From: Candidatus Amarobacter glycogenicus
GTDB lineage: Bacteria > Chloroflexota > Dehalococcoidia > Tepidiformales > Tepidiformaceae
Length of the DNA: 24,000 nucleotides
Direction: 5' to 3'
Assembly (NCBI GenBank): GCA_016719395.1
Contig: JADJZF010000003.1
Span: 303,391-327,390, forward strand
A program made the translations under genes and the position numbers. Positions within the stretch are counted from its first letter, which is position 1, and each line of letters begins with the position of its first letter. Of the stretch, positions 16,327-23,412 are shown piece by piece. The notes under the pieces are model-generated. The model ran no database searches and was not told the origin of the DNA. It was given only the letters and a program-made list of their open reading frames with translations.

Positions 16327-17088
16327 TTGAATCGCACCATCCCGGTCACCGAGGCCCAGGCGAAACGTCTGCGCCGGTACAACGCTCTGATGGGCCTCCT
16401 CCACGCCGGGCAGGGTATCGTCATCCTCCTGCTCGCAAACGGCTTCGTCCTCCCCGTGACAAGCACATTCATGGAGGGGCCGCCTGGCACCGAGAGCGCA
16501 CTCCGCCACCTGTTCGATGTCCGCATCGCCCTGGGCGTGGCGGCGTTCGTGTTCATCTCCGCGGCCGCGCACTGGCTGGTCGCCGGGCCGTTCTACGGCT
16601 GGTACGTGGCGAACCTCCGCGAGCAGCGGAACTATGCCCGCTGGGTGGAGTACTCGGTGAGCGCCTCGGTGATGATCGTCCTCATCGCGATGCTCACCGG
16701 GATCAGCGAGATCGCGGCGCTCATCGGACTGTTCGCAGCGAACGCCGCCATGATCCTCTTTGGGCTCGCGATGGAACACTACGAGCAGCCTGGCCGCCCG
16801 AACTGGCTGATGTTCTGGTTCGGATGCCTCTTTGGCGCGGTCCCCTGGCTGGCGGTCGGCATCTACGTCTGGAGCCCGGGGCTCGCTGCCGAGCCTCCAG
16901 CTTTCGTCTACGGGATATTCGTCTCGCTTTTCATCTTCTTCAACTGTTTCGCCCTCAACATGTGGTTGCAGTACCGGCGCATCGGGCCGTGGCGGAACTA
17001 CCTGTTCGGAGAATCTGTCTACATCTTCCTCAGCCTCACGGCGAAGTCCGCCCTCGCCTGGCAGGTGTTCGCCTCGACACTCGTTTAG
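16327..17088 (+). CDS. heliorhodopsin (retinal-binding, inverted-topology 7-TM photoreceptor)
   Basis: 253 aa from the TTG at 16327, with GGGAG 8 nt upstream. Strong resemblance throughout to HeR 48C12: RWVEYSVSASVMIVLIA (counterion Glu108), FWFGC..G.VPW, FVYGI.VSLF.FFN.FAL and SLTAKSALAWQ (Schiff-base Lys240). Confidence 0.9.
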   Translation: MNRTIPVTEAQAKRLRRYNALMGLLHAGQGIVILLLANGFVLPVTSTFMEGPPGTESALRHLFDVRIALGVAAFVFISAAAHWLVAGPFYGWYVANLREQRNYARWVEYSVSASVMIVLIAMLTGISEIAALIGLFAANAAMILFGLAMEHYEQPGRPNWLMFWFGCLFGAVPWLAVGIYVWSPGLAAEPPAFVYGIFVSLFIFFNCFALNMWLQYRRIGPWRNYLFGESVYIFLSLTAKSALAWQVFASTLV

Positions 17089-17118
17089 CAGTGCATTCCA
17101 CGGCTATGCTTTGGCTGC

Positions 17119-18303
17119 ATGGACTACCAACAGCTGCTTGCCGACCGTACTCGCCTGATGGAGGCGAGCGTCATCCGAGAAATCCTGAAGGTCGCTTCGT
17201 CCCCCGGGATGATTTCACTGGCCGGGGGCCTCCCGGCCGCCGAGAGCTTCCCGCTGGAGATCATGGAAGAGCTCATGGGCGCCGTCCTCGGCAAGTACGG
17301 GAGCAAAGCCCTCCAGTACGACGCCAGCGAGGGCTGGGGCCCGCTCCGCGAAGCGCTCGTCCCTCACCTGGCCGCCCGCGGCGTGACCACCACCGCTGAC
17401 GGTGTCCTGATCATGAGCGGCTCGCAGAGCCTGCTCGACGGGATCGGGAAGATCCTCATTTCACCCGGTGATTATGTCGCAGTGGAAGCACCGACTTATC
17501 TCGGCGCCCTCCAGGCATTCAACCCGTACGAACCGCGCTACCTCGAAATCGAGACAGACGACGGCGGGCTCATTCCCGAATCGCTTGAACGTGTCCTTTC
17601 GGGCCAGCGCGTGAAGCTGGTGTACCTCGTCCCGACATTCCAGAACCCCACGGGCCGCACGCTTTCGCTGGCGCGGCGGAAACAGGTGGCCGACATCCTG
17701 AAACGTCACGACACCCTCCTGCTGGAGGACGACCCTTACAGCGACCTCCGTTACTCGGGCGAACGCGTCCCCCCGATCAAGTCGCTCGCGCCGGAGCACG
17801 TGGTCTATTCAACCACGCTCTCAAAGACGTTCGCGCCCGGGCTACGGATCGGGGTTTGCATCGCCCCGGAGTTCATCCAACGCTGGCTCGTGACGGCCCG
17901 GCAGGGCGTCGACCTCCATACGAACACGCTCGCGCAGGCGCTGGCAGCCGAATACCTGACCGGCGGATATCTCGATCGGCAGCTTCCCAGGATCATCGAG
18001 CTTTACGCGCCCCGCCAACTGGCGATGCTCGATGCACTCGAACGCCATATGCCTGAAGACTTCACCTGGTCCCACCCGGAAGGCGGCATGTTCGTCTGGG
18101 TCGAAGGACCGAAGGGGTTCGATGCCGTAGAACTCCAGCGACGCGTGCTCGAACACGGCGTCGCCTTCGTGCCGGGGCGGTACTTCTACGTGAACGAAGA
18201 GGAGGGTGCGGCGACCCTGCGGATGAACTTCACTGCCGCGGATGCCGCAACGATCGAGCACGCGGTAGGAGTCATTGCCGACGTGATGGCAGAGATGCTC
18301 TAG
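17119..18303 (+). CDS. PLP-dependent aminotransferase, class I (2-aminoadipate/LysN-like family)
   Basis: IREILK...ISLAGGLP, QYDASEGWGPLREAL, PTFQNPTG, and LSKTFAPGLRIG carrying the PLP lysine. 394 aa. Confidence 0.85.
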   Translation: MDYQQLLADRTRLMEASVIREILKVASSPGMISLAGGLPAAESFPLEIMEELMGAVLGKYGSKALQYDASEGWGPLREALVPHLAARGVTTTADGVLIMSGSQSLLDGIGKILISPGDYVAVEAPTYLGALQAFNPYEPRYLEIETDDGGLIPESLERVLSGQRVKLVYLVPTFQNPTGRTLSLARRKQVADILKRHDTLLLEDDPYSDLRYSGERVPPIKSLAPEHVVYSTTLSKTFAPGLRIGVCIAPEFIQRWLVTARQGVDLHTNTLAQALAAEYLTGGYLDRQLPRIIELYAPRQLAMLDALERHMPEDFTWSHPEGGMFVWVEGPKGFDAVELQRRVLEHGVAFVPGRYFYVNEEEGAATLRMNFTAADAATIEHAVGVIADVMAEML

Positions 18304-18335
18304 GAACCGGGCGGTCGATCACGCGTTCGGCTCGC

Positions 18336-20090
18336 CTAACCGAAATCGTGTGAATCCATCTTCTCAATATGCCCTGGTAATGGGCAGGCATGGAACTCCT
18401 CTGCGATGATGTTCGGGAAGCCGCTCTGCTCGTTATCGATGCGGCCGCGGACGATGACGAAGGGCGTGCCACGGACGAGTTCGCGCCGGCGCTCCTGAAG
18501 CGGCGTGTACACGACGAGATTCGCGAGCCCGAACTCGTCTTCCAGCAGCATGAACATCACGCCACTCGCCGTGGATGGCCGTTGCCGCGTTACCACCATG
18601 CCGGCCATTTCGACCATCATCCCCTGGGGCATGCGGTTCGGGTTGTGGACCCCGCCAAGGTGGCGGCTGGTTATCATCCCTTCGTGGAGGAGCGGCCGGA
18701 CGAGTTGCATCGGGTGGTTGCCGGGGCTGAGGCCGAGTTTCTCCACATCCCATGCGAGTGAAAGCCAGGGCGTGAGTGGCGGCAGTTCGACCATGTCCTG
18801 CTCGGTGGGGAGGGCGAGGGCGAGTTGCTCTTTCAGCCCCTTCCGGCTTCTCACATGCGAGGGGGCGGCGCGCACTTCAGTGAGAAGCCCCAGCTGCCAG
18901 AGGAGTTCGCGCCGTGGCAGGCCGAACTCTTCCATGGCGCCTGCGCGGATGAGCGTTTCGGCCTGCTCGCGCGAGATATGCGCGCGTACCAGCAGGTCGC
19001 GCAGCGAGACGTACGGGCCATTTGCCTCGCGCTCGGCGACGATCTGGTCCGGGGTAGTAGCGTAAGCCGGGTCGCGGTGATGCTGGCGGATGTCCTGCCA
19101 ACCGCCGCCGAGGCCTTTCACCTGCTGCAGTCCCAGGCGGATATCCCCGTTTTCCGGCCAGGCGCCGGCCCGGCTGGCGTTGATCGAAGGCGGCAGCGTC
19201 TGGATACCGTGCCGGCCCGCATCCTGAGTGAGCACTTCGACCGAGTAGAAGCCCATCGGCTGGGCATTGAAGAGCGAGCAGTAGTAGGCGGCAGGATAGT
19301 GGTAGCGCAGCCAGGTGGACTCATATGCGAGGAGGGCAAAAGCCACCGCATGGCTCTTCGGGAAACCGAAGGCCGCGAACGCCGCCATCTTGTCGAAGGC
19401 TACTTTGGCGGCAGCGCGGCTCAATCCCTGGCGATCGGTGCCGGCATAGAACTCCTCGGCGAGCGCCTGCATCGCCTCGGATGAGCGCTTCCGGCTCATC
19501 GCCCGGCGGAGCTTATCGGCCTGTCCCGGAGTGAATCCTGCGACTGACGTCGCAATCTGGAGCACCTGGTCCTGGTAGAGCACATGCCCGAGCGTTTCGC
19601 CCAGGCACCAGGCGAGCTTTGGAGCCAGTTCCGGATGACCGTAGTCCACCTCGACGTGTTCACCGCGGGCGAGGGCCTCGCGGTAGTGCATATAGGGCCG
19701 GAAGGCACCCGCCATGATTGGCCCCGGACGGATGATCGCCACCTGCACGGCGAGGTCATCAAGGTTTCGCGGCTGTGTCCGCGGCAGCGTCTGCACCTGT
19801 GCCCGGCTCTCGATCTGAAAGACACCCATCGTGTCGCCCTCCCGGATTGAGTCGTAGATCTCCGGGCTGTCATGGGGGATACGCCCAAGGTCGACTCGTA
19901 TGCCATGCACCTCTTCGATGATGTCGAGACACTCATCGACCGCTGAAAGCATGCCGAGTGCGAGGAAGTCAATCTTCACGAAGCGTGCATCATCGGCCGA
20001 ATCCTTATCCCACTGGCAGACAAAGCGACCATCCATGCGCGCCGGCTCGATGGGCACAACCGAAGACAGGGTCTCTGCCGAGATGATCAC
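18336..20090 (-). CDS. dnaE2: error-prone DNA polymerase DnaE2/ImuC, C-terminal fragment (frame continues upstream to about 20120 without a start codon)
   Basis: Contains CQWDKDSADDARFVKIDFLALGMLS, GVFQIESRAQ, FGFPKSHAVAFA, the OB-fold region and a terminal ...SHDFG. These are the Pol III alpha palm, fingers and OB domains. Confidence 0.85.
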   Translation of the reverse strand: MIISAETLSSVVPIEPARMDGRFVCQWDKDSADDARFVKIDFLALGMLSAVDECLDIIEEVHGIRVDLGRIPHDSPEIYDSIREGDTMGVFQIESRAQVQTLPRTQPRNLDDLAVQVAIIRPGPIMAGAFRPYMHYREALARGEHVEVDYGHPELAPKLAWCLGETLGHVLYQDQVLQIATSVAGFTPGQADKLRRAMSRKRSSEAMQALAEEFYAGTDRQGLSRAAAKVAFDKMAAFAAFGFPKSHAVAFALLAYESTWLRYHYPAAYYCSLFNAQPMGFYSVEVLTQDAGRHGIQTLPPSINASRAGAWPENGDIRLGLQQVKGLGGGWQDIRQHHRDPAYATTPDQIVAEREANGPYVSLRDLLVRAHISREQAETLIRAGAMEEFGLPRRELLWQLGLLTEVRAAPSHVRSRKGLKEQLALALPTEQDMVELPPLTPWLSLAWDVEKLGLSPGNHPMQLVRPLLHEGMITSRHLGGVHNPNRMPQGMMVEMAGMVVTRQRPSTASGVMFMLLEDEFGLANLVVYTPLQERRRELVRGTPFVIVRGRIDNEQSGFPNIIAEEFHACPLPGHIEKMDSHDFG

Positions 20091-21718
20091 GCCGCCGACG
20101 TGCTGGCCGATGTGACGGGGAAGCCCGCTGCCTGCCCGGCCAGCTCCACCATGTCGCGCCAGATTGGTGCGTCGATGAGCTGGCGGAGTTCTGGCACACG
20201 TTTCATCTCCTCTGCGATATCGGTTGCGTTGGCGAAGTGGCCGCCGAATTTGTTGAGTTTCGCCAGGACCGGCAACGGCAGGCCGAGGGCCTTCCCAATA
20301 TCCAGTACCGCGCTGCGAAAGCGGTATGTCGGGAAGGCGGCGACAATCGCCGCGTGCTCGTCTCCGTAGCGGTCGTAGATCCGCTGGAGCACCTGGTCGC
20401 GGATGTCACGCGGGAAGTCCAGGTCGATATCCGGGAGCGAGTGGAGCTCCTCGTTGAGGAAGCGCTCGAGGTAGAGGTTGTTGCGTACCGGGTCGATGTG
20501 GGAAAGCCCGATGAGGTAGCAGACGATTGAACTGACTGAAGAGCCTCGGCCCCGGCCGACCGGGCGTTCGTCTGGCTGGAGGCGCGGATCGCGCCCGCGG
20601 ACTTCGACGGCGATCTCATTTACGAGCAGGAGAATGTCCCAGTAGACCAGGAAGAAGCCGGCGAGCCCGTGCTTCGCTATCAGTGTCAGTTCGCGTTCGA
20701 GACGTTCGCGCGCCTCCTTCTGGAAGGGGTCGGTCGCCGGGTACTTGCGCCGGAAGGCTGGTCCGCAAATGCCGCGCAAATGACTGTCGAGCGTGGCTCC
20801 TTCAGGAACGGGGTAGTCCGGCAGGCGATAGGGAAGGTCACGCGTGAGATCGAACCGGCAGCGCTCCGCGATGGCGAGCGTGTTCTCAATCGCCTGCGGG
20901 TAACGCTCGAAACGGCGTGCCATCCCTGCGGCCGGCTTCAGGAAGAACTCCGAGTTGGGCCTTCGCACCTGGTGCGAACTATCGAGCGTCTGCCGATGGC
21001 GGACGGCGACCAGCACATCGTTCAGGCGGTGACGGGTGCGCACGTGGTAGTGGACGTTGTTCGTTGCCACCGTCTCGATTCCCAATTGCTCGGCCAGGCT
21101 CGCGAGGGCGGCAACCCGCTCCGTATCGCCGAAAACATCGTGGTGCTGAAGTTCGATGTAGTAGCGGTCGCCGAAGATGGCACGATAAGCCGTGGCCAAC
21201 TCCATCGCGGCACTATGCGACGACGACGCAACGGAGGGGTCGCTGAGGCGGACGAGTTCGGAATCTCGGCAGCCAGAAAGGACGATGAGGCCTTCGTTCA
21301 GCTCGAACAGCCACTCACGTTCGACGAGCGGGGTGTCTTTCCCGTGCACCTGGTAGGCGCGGCTGAGCAAACGGCAGAGGTTGCGGTAGCCGGTGACATC
21401 CATCGCGAGGATGGTCAGGTGAGTGGTCGGGCCCTCACCCCCCGCCCCCCTCTCCGGACTTCCTGCGGTCGCGGGAGAGGGGGAGTATCCAATCGTGATT
21501 TCCGCTCCGGTGATCGGCTTCAGCCCACGCTCGTTCGCAGACTTTGCGAACTCCATCGCGCCATAGAGGTTGTCGTGGTCGGTGAGGGCGAGGGCGGGAT
21601 AGCCCAACTGCAACGCGCGGTCGATCAGCTCATCGGTGGCGCTGGCGCCTTCGCGCGGGGACCAGCAGGAGTGTGCATGGAGTTCGACGTAGTTGGAGGA
21701 ATGCCGGGTGGCGTTCAT
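20087..21718 (-). CDS. dnaE2: error-prone DNA polymerase DnaE2/ImuC, N-terminal fragment (PHP domain and palm with PDIDLDF)
   Basis: The ATG at 21718 gives MNATRHSSNYVELHAHSCWS (PHP domain). It has the catalytic LPDIDLDFP and ends ...ELAGQAAGFP, then runs out of frame to a stop at 20087. Confidence 0.85.
   Translation of the reverse strand: MNATRHSSNYVELHAHSCWSPREGASATDELIDRALQLGYPALALTDHDNLYGAMEFAKSANERGLKPITGAEITIGYSPSPATAGSPERGAGGEGPTTHLTILAMDVTGYRNLCRLLSRAYQVHGKDTPLVEREWLFELNEGLIVLSGCRDSELVRLSDPSVASSSHSAAMELATAYRAIFGDRYYIELQHHDVFGDTERVAALASLAEQLGIETVATNNVHYHVRTRHRLNDVLVAVRHRQTLDSSHQVRRPNSEFFLKPAAGMARRFERYPQAIENTLAIAERCRFDLTRDLPYRLPDYPVPEGATLDSHLRGICGPAFRRKYPATDPFQKEARERLERELTLIAKHGLAGFFLVYWDILLLVNEIAVEVRGRDPRLQPDERPVGRGRGSSVSSIVCYLIGLSHIDPVRNNLYLERFLNEELHSLPDIDLDFPRDIRDQVLQRIYDRYGDEHAAIVAAFPTYRFRSAVLDIGKALGLPLPVLAKLNKFGGHFANATDIAEEMKRVPELRQLIDAPIWRDMVELAGQAAGFPVTSASTSAA
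21431..21503. repeat. GC-rich palindromic element inserted in frame in the dnaE2 PHP domain
   Basis: GCCCTCACC..., then a 10-bp perfect stem CCCCCTCTCC (21446-21455) / GGAGAGGGGG (21474-21483), then ...CCAATCGTGA. It encodes SPSPATAGSPERGAGGEG and is related to 15180-15272. Confidence 0.45.
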
Positions 21719-21724
21719 GGGCCG

Positions 21725-21742
21725 AGTATAGAACATTTGTTC
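21725..21742 (-). promoter_or_regulatory. LexA (Cheo-type) SOS box GAACAAATGTTC abutting a TATACT -10 hexamer, upstream of dnaE2
   Basis: The minus strand reads GAACAAATGTTC TATACT CGGCCC ATG. The box is at 21731-21742 and the -10 at 21725-21730. Only 6 nt separate it from the ATG at 21718, which suggests a leaderless mRNA. Confidence 0.75.
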
Positions 21743-21933
21743 GCTTTGGTGTCTTGGGCCCGGGCCAGCCCCGCTCTTTCGACTGTCCACCTGATCATCA
21801 CGGAGCAGTAATCGGTCGGCGTCCTGAACGTTCGCAATGCGGGCCTTGCCACCCGCGATCGGGGATTTCCCTGTTGCACGCAGCAGAGGGAAAGGACTAC
21901 AGTGCAAGTCCACTTCACAGTTGGAATGACATT

Positions 21934-22728
21934 ATGTTTGCTCGTCTGGGAATCCTCTTTGCAATGGCGGTCGCGATCGGGACACTTGGGCTCGGCTTTG
22001 GCCAGCGCGAGGCCTCGGCCGCGGACAAGGTCGTCACGCTCAACCCGACCTCGGGGATCGTGGGGACGGTGGTGACCGCCGAACTCTTCAATGCCCCACC
22101 CGACGACTTCATCACGGTCATCTTCAAGATCCCCGGCGACCCTATCCTGACTACCGGCACAACTGACGCGAACGGCTACGCGAAGTTCACGTTCACCATC
22201 CCGTACGTCCCCGGCGGCGGCACCTGGCCCGTGTTCTTCACCGACTTCAAGTGCTCCTGCCAGATTGCGACGTACTTCACCGTCATCAACAGCCGTCCGA
22301 CACCGATCCCCACGGCCACACCAACTGTCCCACTGCCCACGAGCACCCCTGTAACTCCGCTCGCGACCGCAACCGCAACCCCAACCAGGACACAGACGCC
22401 TGCCGTGCCGGTGCTTGGCACGGGACAGATCGGCGGCGGCGGTCCCGGCCCCAACCTTGGCATCCTCGCGCTCGGCGCGATGGCCGTCGTGACGGTGCTC
22501 GCCTGGTTCGCCGCGACACGCCGCGGACCGGCAAGGGCGTTTGCCCTGGCGCCGATCGATTCTGACCCAACTCCGGACTATTCGACGGACCTCGACCTCG
22601 CGACGCTCCACAGCTTGCGACGCGCGCGCCCGGCAGCTCCCGCTGCGCGCGGAAGCGGTGGGTTTGGCTGGGTGCTCGGCGCGGGGCTTGGCGCGATTGC
22701 TGGCATCGTCCTGCTACGGAAGAAGTAG
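21934..22728 (+). CDS. secreted, membrane-anchored protein with a beta-sandwich-like domain and a Pro/Thr-rich linker
   Basis: Signal peptide MFARLGILFAMAVAIGTLGLGFGQREASA|AD, PT-rich residues 121-158, a TM helix at 174-194, and a second hydrophobic segment plus RKK at the extreme C-terminus. Confidence 0.7.
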   Translation: MFARLGILFAMAVAIGTLGLGFGQREASAADKVVTLNPTSGIVGTVVTAELFNAPPDDFITVIFKIPGDPILTTGTTDANGYAKFTFTIPYVPGGGTWPVFFTDFKCSCQIATYFTVINSRPTPIPTATPTVPLPTSTPVTPLATATATPTRTQTPAVPVLGTGQIGGGGPGPNLGILALGAMAVVTVLAWFAATRRGPARAFALAPIDSDPTPDYSTDLDLATLHSLRRARPAAPAARGSGGFGWVLGAGLGAIAGIVLLRKK

Positions 22729-22777
22729 GCCGGACTGACCGGGGCCGCTCTTCGACTTGAGCGCTGAGCGGCAGTGC

Positions 22778-23260
22778 TCAACGGCTGAGCCGCTGCCGTG
22801 ACGCCGGCACTGCCTCGCCCTTCAACTTCGCGCTGTATTCCTCGTGAGGGGGGACTTCCTCGCCCACGACATACAGGAAGTAGTACACGCCGAAGTTGCC
22901 GACATGCTTGAAGCGCTTCTTGATGTCGGAGAGCTGCGACTCGAACGGGCGCATCGCTTCAAGGTACTTCGCGAAGCTCCCGAACTCTTTTTCGGCGGCG
23001 AGCATCGCCGCGGCATTGTGGACCGTAGCTTCGACTTTCCGCCCATTCCGGATGATGCGCGAGTCCGCCAGTAGCCGGTCGGTATCGACGGGTGAATAGG
23101 CGGCCACCTTCACCGGATCGAACCCATCGAAGGCCGCCTGGAACCCGGGCCACTTGTTCTCGATGACCTTCCAGTTCATGCCGGCTTCGAAGACCGCCTT
23201 CGAGAGCACCTCAAGGTAATCTGCCAGCTTGGTTGGTTTGATCTGGACTGGTGCTTCCAT
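22778..23260 (-). CDS. DNA-3-methyladenine glycosylase I (Tag) family protein, lacking the N-terminal zinc-motif region
   Basis: FEAGMNWKVIENKWPGFQAAFDGFDPVKVAA, SRIIRNGRKVEA and FKHVGNFGVYYFL parallel E. coli Tag (QAGLSW..., FDPVKVAA, IIRHRGKI, FKFVG). The ATG at 23260 has GGAGG upstream. Confidence 0.7.
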   Translation of the reverse strand: MEAPVQIKPTKLADYLEVLSKAVFEAGMNWKVIENKWPGFQAAFDGFDPVKVAAYSPVDTDRLLADSRIIRNGRKVEATVHNAAAMLAAEKEFGSFAKYLEAMRPFESQLSDIKKRFKHVGNFGVYYFLYVVGEEVPPHEEYSAKLKGEAVPASRQRLSR

Positions 23261-23412
23261 TTGGCGTTCCTCCCCCAAAGGTTGGAGAAGAATGTAGCCC
23301 ATCCTGCGGCGGCCTGGGCGCCCCTTGCTGCGCTATCCTGTCCTTCGTCGCCGGCATCGCGTTTGGGGAGCTATCGCGGTGACATCTCAAGAGAACTGAG
23401 GTGAGATAGCTC

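Noticed and set aside
16995-17007. GAAC-N5-GTTC inside the heliorhodopsin gene, and GAACGTTC at 21826-21833
   Set aside because: The spacing is wrong for a Cheo-type LexA box, which needs N4. Neither has an adjacent -10, and the first is intragenic.
18336-21718. Possibility that this is the replicative DnaE1 rather than DnaE2
   Set aside because: The LexA box, the convergent imuB partner, the DnaE2-like size and the C-terminal ...SHDFG ending all favour the error-prone paralog. A phylogeny is still needed for certainty.
20669-21811. 380-aa plus-strand ORF opposite the dnaE2 N-terminal fragment
   Set aside because: This is an antisense artefact. The minus strand carries the PHP and PDIDLDF motifs.
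21719-21913. 65-codon N-terminal extension of dnaE2 given by the ORF track
   Set aside because: It would read through the gene's own SOS box and -10 hexamer. The extension has no similarity to Pol III alpha, and homologs begin at the Y.ELH.HS motif just after the ATG at 21718.
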